Sequence record: SRR20825019_1459
Reading direction: 5' to 3' (one strand)
DNA length: 44,584 bases
A program made the position numbers and the translations under genes. Shown one piece after another: positions 1 through 9,848 of this stretch (position 1 is its first letter; each line of letters begins with the position of its first letter). Under the pieces are notes generated by a model. That model saw only the letters and a program-made list of their open reading frames with translations, did no database searches and had not been told where the DNA came from.

Positions 1-201
1 GCCATGAACCTGCAAACCAGTTTCCTGACTCCGCCGTTTGGTTTTGCGCTATTTTACTTGCGCGGTGTAGTACCGGAAAGCGTGCCAACCACGGCCATTT
101 ACCGTGGTGTGATACCTTTTGTGATTATCCAATTGCTGGCCTTGTTGCTGATAGCGGCAAAGCCTGAGCTGGTGACCTGGCTACCGGGTCTCTTGTTCTA
201 G
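1..201 (+). CDS. TRAP transporter large permease (DctM family), C-terminal fragment truncated by the window edge
   Basis: NLQTSFLTPPFGFALFYLRGV...IYRGVIPF...P.LVTWLP is the typical DctM C-terminus. Confidence 0.9.
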   Translation, partial: AMNLQTSFLTPPFGFALFYLRGVVPESVPTTAIYRGVIPFVIIQLLALLLIAAKPELVTWLPGLLF

Positions 202-215
202 CGAACAGGGCGCCC

Positions 216-2333
216 TTAACCAGCTTTCGCCTGCCGCGTGGCAAGCACGTTGTCGATGGTGTTGATCAACAGTTCCCGGTCCACCGGTTTGCCAACAACC
301 GCATCAATCCCCGCTTCTGCATAGGCTTTTTTATCGCTCTCCATCGTATTGGCGGTGAGGGCAATAATCGGCATGTTGGCATAAGCATCGCGGCGGCGGC
401 GGATCAGGATCGTTGCCTCCACACCGTCCATCACTGGCATGCGAATATCCATCAATATGAGATCGAAGTCCTCCGCCTCATCCAGCGCCTCGAAAGCCTC
501 AAGGCCGTTCGACACCAGCTTCAGCTCCCACTTATAGCGCTCAAGCAGCTTCACAATCAGGATCTGGTTGATGTTGTTATCTTCAGCCACCAACACCTTC
601 AACTGGCGGGTTGCAGCTGCGGCAGGTGGTTTAACAGCCTGTGCACCATCATCGACAACGCCGGCTTTTTCCACTGGGCGCAAGGGCACCGAAAGCACAA
701 AGGTAGCACCAACACCGGGCTCGCCGCTCGCTTCCAAAGTGCCCCGCATCATATGGGCTAGTTCCCGGCTGATGGAGAGCCCGAGCCCGGTGCCAGCGAC
801 ACTTTTGGTTGTGGAGCCATCAAGCTGTTCAAACCGACCGAATATCTTCTCGCTATCGCTTTGTTTGAACCCCGCGCCCGTGTCCCTGACCTCAAGCCGC
901 ATGCACACACCGGGCCCATCGGGTCGGAAGGACATGGTGACATCAACACGTCCCTCATCCGTAAATTTCACCGCGTTGCCAATAAGGTTGAACAGCACCT
1001 GCCGGATACGGCTTTCGTCCCCCAGCACACATTTCGGCGCATTATGGGCCAGGTGTACATTCAGGTTCAGCCCCTTCATCTCCGCTGCCGGTCGTAGCGT
1101 GGCCGCCGCTTTCTCGATCAGATCACTGGGGTCGAACTCGCTGGGCCTCAGCCTCAGCGTGCCAGCCTCCATCTTCGCGAGGTCAAGAATATCGTCAATA
1201 ATGGTCAAAAGTGTATGGGCGCTGACATTCGCGGTTTCCACAAGCTTTTGCTGCTTGGGGGTCAAACCTTCATCACCGAGAAGGTCGATCATGCCTATCA
1301 CACCCGCGAGTGGTGTTCTCAGCTCATGGCTCGTATTCGCGAGGAAAGCGTCTTTCGCCCTGTTGGCACGCCGGGCAGCCTCGCCCTCAATCAGGGCTTT
1401 TTCAAGCTCGATCTGTTTACGCTCAAGCGCTTCATTCTTCTCTAAAATCGCACGTTCGGCACGCAACAGGTCTGTTACATCTCGGGCAACACCGACCACA
1501 CTGATGCGTTTGCCATTGTCATCCCTAAGCATTGTGAGGCTTGCATCCACCGTCAGTGCCTCACCGTCCTTGGTTTTAAGGTCCAAGAAGCCCCGCCATT
1601 CACCGGCGGCACTTATCTGGTGCAGAATGTTGACCCTGTCGTACCGCCAGCCGCGCTCATTCGCCATCAGGTCGGCGATATTGGTGCCGATAAGCCTTTC
1701 GCGAGGAGCGCCAAAGAGAGCGGCCGCACCGTCGTTGCATTCGGTCAGGCGGCCACGTACATCGGTGACAACCACGGCTTCCCGCACCTGGCTTAGCACC
1801 TGTGCCTGCCCTTGCAACTGCCTTAGCACGCGGCATTCCGCCAGTTTTGAGCTCGCCAGGGATGCGACTGAGAGAAGTACGTCAAGATGCTCTTCTGTGA
1901 AGTGCCCAATGCGCGGGTCCTCACAATCGATCACACCCAATATTTCCCGCCCATAAAGAAGTGGTACACACAGCTCAGACCCAGCCTGCGCAATATCAGC
2001 TACATAGTCCGCACATTTTGAAACATCGTCGATCAGTTCAGGCTTGCCGGTTTTCGCAACACTACCGGTGACACCGCGACCAAGCGGTATATCAAGGGGG
2101 TTGAGGATGGTGCGGCCTTCCGGGTTTTTCTCACCGATCGCGGCGCGCTGCACAAGCACGCCATGGGCCGCGTCATATTCATAAAAAACACAATCCACAA
2201 AACCAAGGCGGCCAACCACCTCCTTGGCAACATACCAGGCGAGGTCTTCCACATTGGTGATCTGGATCAGGGAAACCGCGAAGCTGTTCAAGATGCGGAA
2301 CTGCTCTTCCTTACGCTTGATCGAGACAAGCAT
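216..2333 (-). CDS. Cytoplasmic hybrid histidine kinase (GAF-PAS-HisKA-HATPase-REC)
   Basis: GAF (IPLGRGVTG..A, SELCVPL), PAS/PAC (VVGVARDVT), H-box FLANTSHELRTPL, NLIGNAVKFT, GTGLGL, receiver (AEDN..NQ, DLILMDIRMPVMDG). Start placed at ATG 2333; the ORF extends to 2462, so the start is uncertain. Confidence 0.9.
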   Translation of the reverse strand: MLVSIKRKEEQFRILNSFAVSLIQITNVEDLAWYVAKEVVGRLGFVDCVFYEYDAAHGVLVQRAAIGEKNPEGRTILNPLDIPLGRGVTGSVAKTGKPELIDDVSKCADYVADIAQAGSELCVPLLYGREILGVIDCEDPRIGHFTEEHLDVLLSVASLASSKLAECRVLRQLQGQAQVLSQVREAVVVTDVRGRLTECNDGAAALFGAPRERLIGTNIADLMANERGWRYDRVNILHQISAAGEWRGFLDLKTKDGEALTVDASLTMLRDDNGKRISVVGVARDVTDLLRAERAILEKNEALERKQIELEKALIEGEAARRANRAKDAFLANTSHELRTPLAGVIGMIDLLGDEGLTPKQQKLVETANVSAHTLLTIIDDILDLAKMEAGTLRLRPSEFDPSDLIEKAAATLRPAAEMKGLNLNVHLAHNAPKCVLGDESRIRQVLFNLIGNAVKFTDEGRVDVTMSFRPDGPGVCMRLEVRDTGAGFKQSDSEKIFGRFEQLDGSTTKSVAGTGLGLSISRELAHMMRGTLEASGEPGVGATFVLSVPLRPVEKAGVVDDGAQAVKPPAAAATRQLKVLVAEDNNINQILIVKLLERYKWELKLVSNGLEAFEALDEAEDFDLILMDIRMPVMDGVEATILIRRRRDAYANMPIIALTANTMESDKKAYAEAGIDAVVGKPVDRELLINTIDNVLATRQAKAG

Positions 2334-2425
2334 ATCCACCTGATCATCGCCTGAGCAGTGTTTCGATTTGTGGTTATTATCCAAGTGAACCCCAAGGTTT
2401 ATTATTCGCTCTAAACATGCCCATA

Positions 2426-2454
2426 TTGGCTTGAAATGTTTAACATTTCGCCAA
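2426..2454. promoter_or_regulatory. Inverted repeat, candidate dimeric TF site between the divergent kinase and VOC genes
   Basis: TTGGC-tt-GAAATGTT-t-AACATTTC-GCCAA. Confidence 0.35.
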
Positions 2455-2553
2455 CCGCTCAACTTGAACGAAAGTTATTCTAGCAAGTTTTTCAGTATCC
2501 ATACAACAGTGGCATATCTAACATGCAGGAATGTGGTGTTGCCACAAATCACT

Positions 2554-2582
2554 CAGGTGGCCATATCAGGAACAGGTGGCCA
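2554..2582 (+). repeat. Direct repeat CAGGTGGCCA x2 (19-bp period) upstream of the VOC gene, candidate activator site
   Basis: Exact 10-mers at 2554-2563 and 2573-2582. Confidence 0.45.
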
Positions 2583-2618
2583 ATCTGGGCACTTTAGGGA
2601 CACGAGAGAGGATAAACA

Positions 2619-3005
2619 ATGATCGGTTATACAACACTGGGCGCGAATGACATGGACAAGCTGGCAGCCTTCTATGATGAGCTGTTTTCCGTTGTTGGTG
2701 CAAAACGCGCCTGGGATTGGGACACTTTCAAAGCCTGGACAACCGGGCCGGGCGTGCCAATGTTCGCTTTGGCCAAGCCTTATAACGGGGAACCGGCCAC
2801 AGTTGGCAACGGCGTGATGGTCGCGCTTGTGGCTCCAGACCGCGAGACCGTTGATAAATACCACGCCAAAGCCATTGAGCTTGGCGGTACATGCGAAGGT
2901 GAACCCGGGCTTCGCGGCGGCGAGGAAATGGGCTTTTATGCGGGTTATTTTCGCGACATTGAAGGCAATAAACTGAACGCCTTTAACATGCAGCCGAAAA
3001 AATAA
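2619..3005 (+). CDS. VOC family (glyoxalase/bleomycin resistance-like) protein
   Basis: MIGYTTLG.ND...FYD, PYNGEPATVGNG.MVAL, GG.CEG.PG.R, FY.GYFRD.EGNKL; RBS GAGGA. Confidence 0.9.
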   Translation: MIGYTTLGANDMDKLAAFYDELFSVVGAKRAWDWDTFKAWTTGPGVPMFALAKPYNGEPATVGNGVMVALVAPDRETVDKYHAKAIELGGTCEGEPGLRGGEEMGFYAGYFRDIEGNKLNAFNMQPKK

Positions 3006-3042
3006 TCAGGGCAATGCCCTAAACTGGGTAATACCTAAAAGC

Positions 3043-3075
3043 AAAAGCGCCGGTGTTTTCACATCGGCGCTTTTT
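3043..3075. terminator. Bidirectional intrinsic terminator between the VOC gene and parC
   Basis: AAAAGCGCCGGTGT-tttc-ACATCGGCGCTTTTT. Confidence 0.8.
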
Positions 3076-3092
3076 CATTTTATTACCACCGC

Positions 3093-5342
3093 TTAGTGGA
3101 ACTTGTTGTTTCGCGGGAAGCCCATCGGTGGCAGGCGGCCTGCGTTACCGCGCTTGCCTGTCCATGGTGTCAGGTCGGTTTCCGTACGCCAACGATCTGA
3201 GTTGCCCCCCATCGGCCACGTCAGCCCTTCAGCTTTGTGGAAGATTGTCACATCCGCCATGCCGCCATCCTTGTAGCGCTGTAGGGCAACACCCTGTCCC
3301 CGTGCCAAAGTTGGTATTTCATCAAGCTCGAACACCAGCAGTTTGCGGTTATCACCAATCACGGCAACGCTGTCACCGTCTGCGGCCATGCAGTGTGTGG
3401 CAACCACATCGCCCTTCACGTTCAGGAGCTGTTTGCCGCCCTTTTTCATCGCAACAGCCTGATCAGCCTCCAGCACAAAACCTTTACCCAGTGAGCTCGC
3501 GACAAAGAGCTTGCCGCCCGGCTGGTATGGCAGAAGCGAGACGATCTCGTCGTTCGCGTCCATATCCACCATCAGGCGCACGGGCTCACCGTTGCCGCGC
3601 CCGCCTGGAAGCTTGTCAGCCCCCAGCGTGTACATCTTGCCATTGGTCGCAAACAGGAACAGCTTGTCAGTGGTATAGGCATGGAAGCGGAACCGCTCCT
3701 CATCACCTTCTTTATACTTCTGTTCTTCCTCTGGTTTTGCGTGCCCTTTAAGCGCCCGCACCCAGCCACGTTTCGAGCAAAGCACCGTAATCGGCTCTTT
3801 CTCGATCATGGCCTCAATCGGCACGACCTCAGCCGTTGGTGCATCGCCAAAGCGTGTACGGCGCTTACCAAGGGTCGTTTCGGGCCCGAATTTTTCTTTA
3901 ACCTCTGAAAGCTTGTCACCAACCGCGATCCACTGCAGGGCTTCAGACGCAATAAGCGCATTCAGTTTGGACTTCTCGTCCTCAAGCTTGGAATGCTCGG
4001 TCCGGATCTCCATTTCCTCAAGCTTCCTCAAGGCCCGCAAGCGCATGTTGAGGATCGCTTCGGCCTGGTTGTCCGTTAGCTTGAAGGTGCTCATCAGGCT
4101 GGCTTTTGCGTCATCCTCTTCACGAATGATGCGGATCACCTCATCAAGATTGAGATAGGCAATCAGGTAGCCAGACAGGATCTCCAGCCTGCGCTCGATC
4201 TTCTCAAGGCGGTAGTTGCTACGGCGCAGCAGCACATCGATCTGATGATCAAGGAAACTGTCCAGCACTTCCTTGAGCGAAAGCACACGAGGCCTGCCGT
4301 CATAGGCAATCACGTTCATATTGAGGGAGAAACGCACCTCAAGTTCCGTCATGCGGAACAGGCTCTCCATCAATACTTTTTCATCAACCGAGCGGTTCTT
4401 CGGCTCCAGCACCACCCGAATTTCCTCGGTGGATTCGTCGCGCACATCGGTAAGAATCGGCAGTTTTTTGTCGTTGATCAGCTCAGCGATCTTCTCGATC
4501 AGCTTGGATTTCTGAACCTGATACGGGATTTCCGTCAGCACGATCTGATACTGGCCGTGTGAGAGGTCTTCCCGCTCCCACCGTGCCCGCACCCGCAAAG
4601 CACCCCGGCCTGTTTCATAGGCGTGCTCGATGGTCTCGCGGTTTTCCACAATCTGGCCACCGGTCGGGAAATCCGGCCCCGGTATGCGGTCCATCAGGTC
4701 ACGCACCGTTACCTCGCGCGCCGGGTCTCGCCGCGCTTCAATAAGCAATTGCAGACCGTCTATCAACTCACCCACATTATGGGGCGGGATATTGGTGGCC
4801 ATACCCACAGCGATACCACTTGAGCCGTTCGCGAGCAGGTTCGGGAACGCACCGGGGAAAACGATGGGCTCAGAATCTTCCCCGTCATAGGTTTCCCGGA
4901 AATCAACGGCGTCTTCATCCAGCCATTCCATGAGGGCTGCGGCAACTTCTGTGAGGCGCGCCTCAGTGTACCGCATCGCCGCCGCATTATCGCCGTCGAT
5001 ATTGCCGAAGTTGCCCTGCCCGTCCACCAGCGGGAAACGCACAGCAAAATCCTGCGCCAGACGCACCATGGCGTCATAGACAGATTGGTCACCGTGAGGG
5101 TGATATTTACCAATAACATCCCCCACCACGCGGGCACATTTTTTGTAGCCGGTTTTTGGGTCCAGCTTCAAAAGACGCATGGCGTAAAGCAGCCTGCGGT
5201 GCACGGGTTTAAGCCCGTCGCGCACGTCCGGCAATGAGCGGGACATGATGGTAGACATTGCGTACGCGAGGTAACGTTCGCTCAGTGCATTCGCGAACGG
5301 TGCCTCGATGATATTTTCAGTAAACTCAGGATGTGTCGTCAT
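3093..5342 (-). CDS. parC: DNA topoisomerase IV subunit A
   Basis: [24 protein letters not shown], catalytic [10 protein letters not shown], short C-terminal domain without GyrA box; start placed at ATG 5342. Confidence 0.95.
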   Translation of the reverse strand: MTTHPEFTENIIEAPFANALSERYLAYAMSTIMSRSLPDVRDGLKPVHRRLLYAMRLLKLDPKTGYKKCARVVGDVIGKYHPHGDQSVYDAMVRLAQDFAVRFPLVDGQGNFGNIDGDNAAAMRYTEARLTEVAAALMEWLDEDAVDFRETYDGEDSEPIVFPGAFPNLLANGSSGIAVGMATNIPPHNVGELIDGLQLLIEARRDPAREVTVRDLMDRIPGPDFPTGGQIVENRETIEHAYETGRGALRVRARWEREDLSHGQYQIVLTEIPYQVQKSKLIEKIAELINDKKLPILTDVRDESTEEIRVVLEPKNRSVDEKVLMESLFRMTELEVRFSLNMNVIAYDGRPRVLSLKEVLDSFLDHQIDVLLRRSNYRLEKIERRLEILSGYLIAYLNLDEVIRIIREEDDAKASLMSTFKLTDNQAEAILNMRLRALRKLEEMEIRTEHSKLEDEKSKLNALIASEALQWIAVGDKLSEVKEKFGPETTLGKRRTRFGDAPTAEVVPIEAMIEKEPITVLCSKRGWVRALKGHAKPEEEQKYKEGDEERFRFHAYTTDKLFLFATNGKMYTLGADKLPGGRGNGEPVRLMVDMDANDEIVSLLPYQPGGKLFVASSLGKGFVLEADQAVAMKKGGKQLLNVKGDVVATHCMAADGDSVAVIGDNRKLLVFELDEIPTLARGQGVALQRYKDGGMADVTIFHKAEGLTWPMGGNSDRWRTETDLTPWTGKRGNAGRLPPMGFPRNNKFH

Positions 5343-5374
5343 GGCGCCAACTATAACAATCGGAATCGAAAACG

Positions 5375-5423
5375 CCACAAGATGTTGTGGTTATCCACAA
5401 AAGATTTTCACCATCTATTGCGG
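5375..5423. promoter_or_regulatory. Two NrdR-box-like sites flanking a perfect DnaA box upstream of parC
   Basis: CCACAAGATGTTGTGG (5375-5390), TTATCCACA (5391-5399), TCACCATCTATTGCGG (5408-5423). Confidence 0.6.
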
Positions 5424-5467
5424 ATAGAAAAAATACGCGTATGCAGTGCCCTGCCTCACTGTGGGGC

Positions 5468-6211
5468 TTATCGGCTCAACCGCCTGAGGGTCGACAGAAA
5501 ACGGTCCCGTGCTGGTGGTTGGCCTGTGCCTGCCACGGCCCAGACGGTGCGCTCAAGGAAATAACCGGTGAGCGCGAGGCCGCTCGCGGCTTCTTCCGCT
5601 GTGGCGTCAGAGAGTTTCCCAGATGTTAGGAACGGCGCTAGCGGCAGCAATTTTTCCTTATACGGTCCCCCGGCCTCAAGGCTGACCGCCCGCCCTGTTT
5701 TTGGGGATACATACACGAGATTTTCCCGCACGCCTGTGCCCGCACACTGGCTGAGGTCAAGGCCGTAGCCAAGCTCGCTCAAAATACCCATCTCCATGCG
5801 TGCAAGCGCACCGCCCCACTGTGGCGGAGAACCACCGTCATGCTCAAGAAGCGCTATAAGCGCCTCAAGTGCTTCAAACACACTCACGTGGGCTTCCCGC
5901 TCTGGCAAAGTGGAGGCCACGACAGCCGTGATGGCGGACAACGCTGATATGCGGCTGCCCTCCCCCATCATCTGTCCAAGCGGGCTGTGGATCAGCTCAA
6001 CAGTAAAACGGCCAAGGTTAGCCTCCAGTCGCGCATACCATTTGAGCGAAAGCCTGTTACCCACCTGCAGGTTGGCTTTGTTGCGACGGCCAAGCCCGCC
6101 TTTGATGAAACCGCGCGCGCGACCGTGGTCGCGGGTCATCACCTCAAGAACGGCATCCGCCTCCCCATGCCGGGAGACGGAAAGAACGATACCTTCATCC
6201 TGCCATTCCAC
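5468..6211 (-). CDS. recO: DNA repair protein RecO
   Basis: MEWQDEGIVL....GE, ELGYGLDL..C..TG....L.YVSPKTGRAVS; follows era. Confidence 0.95.
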   Translation of the reverse strand: MEWQDEGIVLSVSRHGEADAVLEVMTRDHGRARGFIKGGLGRRNKANLQVGNRLSLKWYARLEANLGRFTVELIHSPLGQMMGEGSRISALSAITAVVASTLPEREAHVSVFEALEALIALLEHDGGSPPQWGGALARMEMGILSELGYGLDLSQCAGTGVRENLVYVSPKTGRAVSLEAGGPYKEKLLPLAPFLTSGKLSDATAEEAASGLALTGYFLERTVWAVAGTGQPPARDRFLSTLRRLSR

Positions 6212-6220
6212 GACGGGTGC

Positions 6221-7132
6221 CTATTCTACGAAGTCGAGGCCCATGTCCTTGTACATGGTGCGGTCTTCTGCCCAGCGCTCTGTCACGCGCACATGCAGGA
6301 ACAGATGGACCTTACGGTCGAAGTTTTCCTGCATATCTTCACGCGCCAGCTGGCCCAGAATTTTAAGCATTGAACCCTGCTTGCCGATCACGATGCCTTT
6401 TTGGCTGTCGCGCTCCACATGGATCACCTGCTCGATGCGGACACTACCGTCCTTGCGGTCTTCCCATTTCTCGGTTTCCACTGTTGTGGCGTAGGGCAAC
6501 TCGTCATGCAGGCGCAGGTATATCTTCTCGCGCGTAATCTCTGCCGCCAAAAGGCGCATGGTTACGTCTGCGATCTGGTCCTCGGGGTACATCCACGGCC
6601 CTTCGGGCGACAGGCCAGATAAATGCGCCTTCAGGTCTTGTACACCATCACCCGTGAGCGCCGAGATCATGAAAATCTCATCAAACACACCTTCTTCGTG
6701 CAGGCTTTGCGCCAGTGCGAGAAGCTGTTCGCGGCGCACGGTATCAATCTTGTTGATGGCCAGAATAACGCGGCGTTTGGCGTTCTTGAGCCCCTTGATG
6801 ATGCGCTCTACTTCTTCGTTCATGCCTTTTTTGGCATCAATCAGCAGAACGGTCATCTCAGCATCTTCAGAACCCTTCCAGGCAGCGTTCACCATCGCGC
6901 GGTCAAGGCGGCGCTTGGGTTCAAAAATGCCGGGGGTATCGATAAACACAAGCTGTGTGTTTTCATACATACCAATACCCGTCACCTTGGTGCGGGTGGT
7001 TTGTACCTTATGCGTCACAATCGCAACCTTGGCACCCACAAGGGCGTTCAGGAGGGTGGATTTCCCCGCATTTGGCGCCCCGATAAGCGCCACAAATCCG
7101 CAGCGCGGTGCGCCCGCAGCTACTTCTGTCAT
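6221..7132 (-). CDS. era: GTPase Era
   Basis: GAPNAGKSTL, QTTR, DTPG, NKID, EITREK, ELPY, KH domain with VIGKQG. Confidence 0.97.
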   Translation of the reverse strand: MTEVAAGAPRCGFVALIGAPNAGKSTLLNALVGAKVAIVTHKVQTTRTKVTGIGMYENTQLVFIDTPGIFEPKRRLDRAMVNAAWKGSEDAEMTVLLIDAKKGMNEEVERIIKGLKNAKRRVILAINKIDTVRREQLLALAQSLHEEGVFDEIFMISALTGDGVQDLKAHLSGLSPEGPWMYPEDQIADVTMRLLAAEITREKIYLRLHDELPYATTVETEKWEDRKDGSVRIEQVIHVERDSQKGIVIGKQGSMLKILGQLAREDMQENFDRKVHLFLHVRVTERWAEDRTMYKDMGLDFVE

Positions 7133-7794
7133 TCACTCTCTCCTGTCAGCTTGGCAAGCAAAGCCCCTGCGGCCGCTTGCTCAGCCTGTCGCTTGGCGCT
7201 GCCTGTGGCATGCGCTTCGCCATGATTTTCTACGGTCGCTGCAATCGTGAATTCAGGGTTATGATCGGGGCCTGTGCGTTCCACCATACGGTAGTACGGC
7301 AGTGGCAGCCCGCGTGCCTGACACCATTCCTGTAGCAATGTTTTACAGTCCTTGTAAGCACTTGGCCCTTCCTTCATCAGGTGTGCCCAGTGCTTACGGA
7401 TAAATATGTTTGCGACGTCAAAGCCGCCGTCCAGATACATGGCGCCGATCACGGCCTCTGTCACGTCAGCCTGCACGGCTTCCTTGTCGCGTGTGCCCTC
7501 AGCTTCCGCGCCTGGCGTCAGCTTAAGCGCGTCAGAGAAGCCCAGCCTATAGGCCATCTCGGCCAGAGTTTCACGCCGCACAAGGGCGGTGAACCGGCGG
7601 TTGAGCTTGCCTTCCGCCTCAGTCGGATACGCCTCCAGAAGCCACGTGGAGATCACCAACCCCAGCACCCTGTCCCCCAGAAACTCAAGCCGTTGGTAGT
7701 TGTGGGTACCAGAGAGGGATGGATGAGTGAGCGCTTCCTGAAGGTAACTTGGTCTACTGAAGGTATACCCCGCGATTGTCTTGCGCCCGCTCAT
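7129..7794 (-). CDS. rnc: Ribonuclease III
   Basis: ALTHPS, NYQRLEFLGDRVLGL signature, dsRBD (KT.LQEW.Q, GPDH.P.F); ATGA overlaps with pdxJ and era. Confidence 0.97.
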   Translation of the reverse strand: MSGRKTIAGYTFSRPSYLQEALTHPSLSGTHNYQRLEFLGDRVLGLVISTWLLEAYPTEAEGKLNRRFTALVRRETLAEMAYRLGFSDALKLTPGAEAEGTRDKEAVQADVTEAVIGAMYLDGGFDVANIFIRKHWAHLMKEGPSAYKDCKTLLQEWCQARGLPLPYYRMVERTGPDHNPEFTIAATVENHGEAHATGSAKRQAEQAAAGALLAKLTGESE

Positions 7795-8552
7795 GCGCCT
7801 GTGGCCCCATTTGGCACCACGCCGCGCGCTTCATCCATCAGGCGGCGCATCTCAACGATCGAGGCTTCTAACCCGTGGAAAATGGCCTCGCCAATCAGGA
7901 AGTGGCCGATATTCAGTTCCATCAACTCAGGGATTTCCGCGATAGGTTTCACCGTCTCATAGGAAAGACCGTGACCCGCGTGCATCTCAAGCCCTTTACC
8001 ATACCCATAAGCAACCGCTTTTTTGATACGTTCAAGCTCTTCCGCGCGTGCGTCACCCGTCAGTTCACAATAAGCACCGGTATGGATTTCCGTGACCGGC
8101 GCACCGAGGGAGATAGCCGCATCAAGCTGTGTCTCATCGGGGTCGATAAAAAGGCTGACCCGGATACCGGCGCGGCTCAATTCATCCACATAATGCTTGA
8201 GCCGGTTATGCTGCCCGGCAGCGTCAAGGCCACCTTCTGTAGTCAGTTCCTGCCGTTTTTCTGGCACAAGGCAGCAGGCATGCGGCTTGTGACGAAGCGC
8301 AATCTCAAGCATCTCGTCAGTTGCGGCGATCTCAAGGTTGAGCGGCACAGCAAGCACGTCTGAAAGGGATGCTATATCTTCGTCAGAGATATGGCGACGG
8401 TCCTCGCGCAGATGCGCGGTTATACCGTCAGCGCCCGCAAGCACGGCAAGCCCCGCAGCCCGCACAGGGTCCGGGTGGCGGATACCACGCGCATTGCGAA
8501 TGGTGGCCACATGGTCAATGTTCACGCCTAGGCGCAGTTTATTCCTTCTCAT
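7791..8552 (-). CDS. pdxJ: Pyridoxine 5'-phosphate synthase
   Basis: LGVNIDHVATIRNAR, HLREDRRHI, LVPEKRQELTTEGGLD, HAGHGL, ELNIGH. Confidence 0.97.
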   Translation of the reverse strand: MRRNKLRLGVNIDHVATIRNARGIRHPDPVRAAGLAVLAGADGITAHLREDRRHISDEDIASLSDVLAVPLNLEIAATDEMLEIALRHKPHACCLVPEKRQELTTEGGLDAAGQHNRLKHYVDELSRAGIRVSLFIDPDETQLDAAISLGAPVTEIHTGAYCELTGDARAEELERIKKAVAYGYGKGLEMHAGHGLSYETVKPIAEIPELMELNIGHFLIGEAIFHGLEASIVEMRRLMDEARGVVPNGATGA

Positions 8553-8570
8553 AGCCTGCCTTTTTTGCCC

Positions 8571-9152
8571 CTAACCAGCCTGACCTGCGTCAGTCTCACC
8601 GGGGCGCTTTTTTTCTTGCAACCTGATCTGCCGGGCGGAGCGATAGCCGGTCAATAGACCCTTGAATGAGAAATAGAATAACAACCAGACAATCACCGCC
8701 ACGGGAATACCGCCTACAATAAGCGGAAAAACAATCGGCAGGAAAGAGCTGAGATAGGTAATCGGTGCATCAAACAGCGCATCCCAGCTCCACTCAGGCA
8801 CATGCCCTGCGACATGTTCACCCAAAATCAGCGTACCCACCTGCCCCGTCAGCGTAAAAATGAACGGGAATGTCCAGGGGTTTCCTATCGCTGTACCAAT
8901 AGCAGCAGCAACCAGATTGCCCCGTGTAAGCCACGCCAAGGCAAAACCCATCAGGAAATGCAGCCCAATAAACGGCGTGAAGGAAACCGCCGCCCCCGCA
9001 GCCACACCACCCGCTATACTATGCGCCGTACCCGGCAGCCGCGCAATACGGTGCCAAAGATATTGGCCCGCACGCCTAAAGCCCGAGCTTGGCCAAAGCC
9101 AACTCGCCAATTTGCGCCACCATGGCAGTCCTGTACGCCGCCTGAACAGCAT
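8571..9152 (-). CDS. DUF2062 family membrane protein
   Basis: WP..G..R, H.IA.G.AAG...SFTPF.G.H, GNPWT.P; usual location near spoT/pyrE. Confidence 0.85.
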   Translation of the reverse strand: MLFRRRTGLPWWRKLASWLWPSSGFRRAGQYLWHRIARLPGTAHSIAGGVAAGAAVSFTPFIGLHFLMGFALAWLTRGNLVAAAIGTAIGNPWTFPFIFTLTGQVGTLILGEHVAGHVPEWSWDALFDAPITYLSSFLPIVFPLIVGGIPVAVIVWLLFYFSFKGLLTGYRSARQIRLQEKKRPGETDAGQAG

Positions 9153-9166
9153 TTGCGCTTCTCACA

Positions 9167-9751
9167 TTAGGATTTAAGCCCACGGCTACCCGGTTTGATT
9201 GCTGGAATGGCTTTCAGCTCATCCGGCAGGTTATCTGGCTCATAGGCCGGTGCATTGATATTCACGAGCGACGTGATCGGCGCGCCAACATCGACATCAC
9301 CGCCGGACCGATTAACAAGGCAGCCAGCGGCCACAACATCACCACCCCATTCATGGATGGTTTTAATACATTCCCGCGACGACAGGCCCGTGGTGATCAC
9401 ATCTTCCATCATCAGGATACGCGCGCCTTTCGGAATTTCGAAACCACGTCGCAGGGCAAACTCACCCTCAACCCGTTCAGTAAAGATTCCGTCAACACCC
9501 AGCTGCCGCGCCACTTCATACCCCACGATCACCCCGCCCATAGCAGGGCTTACCACCAGATCAACCTCCACGCCGGTTGCGCGGAGTTTATCCGCAAATG
9601 CAGCACAAAGGCGACCGGCGCGTGCCGGGTCCATCAGTACGCGTGCACATTGCAGATACACGGAACTATGCAAGCCAGATGAAAGCTTGAAATGGCCTTC
9701 AAGTAGCGCGCCAGCATCGCGGAATTCACCTAATACCGTTTCCTGATCCAT
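9167..9751 (-). CDS. pyrE: Orotate phosphoribosyltransferase
   Basis: ALLEGHF.LSSG.HS..Y.QCA, PRPP motif EDVITTG.S; start placed at ATG 9751. Confidence 0.95.
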   Translation of the reverse strand: MDQETVLGEFRDAGALLEGHFKLSSGLHSSVYLQCARVLMDPARAGRLCAAFADKLRATGVEVDLVVSPAMGGVIVGYEVARQLGVDGIFTERVEGEFALRRGFEIPKGARILMMEDVITTGLSSRECIKTIHEWGGDVVAAGCLVNRSGGDVDVGAPITSLVNINAPAYEPDNLPDELKAIPAIKPGSRGLKS

Positions 9752-9848
9752 GAAATGTGCTCCTGTCGCTTGGAATGGGGTCGTTGCGCCTTCGGCGGAT
9801 AGAGCGCGGGGGGCCAATCGTCAAGCAAAATCACCGCTGTGGGGCCTT

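Noticed and set aside
568..1956. 462-aa plus-strand ORF
   Set aside because: Entirely antisense to the hybrid kinase, Ser/Arg/Pro-rich with no motif; typical shadow ORF of GC-rich DNA. The same applies to most other overlapping ORFs in the track (e.g. 3053-3751, 5796-6494, 6558-7250, 17008-17793, 25434-26171, 31365-32090, 41126-41872)
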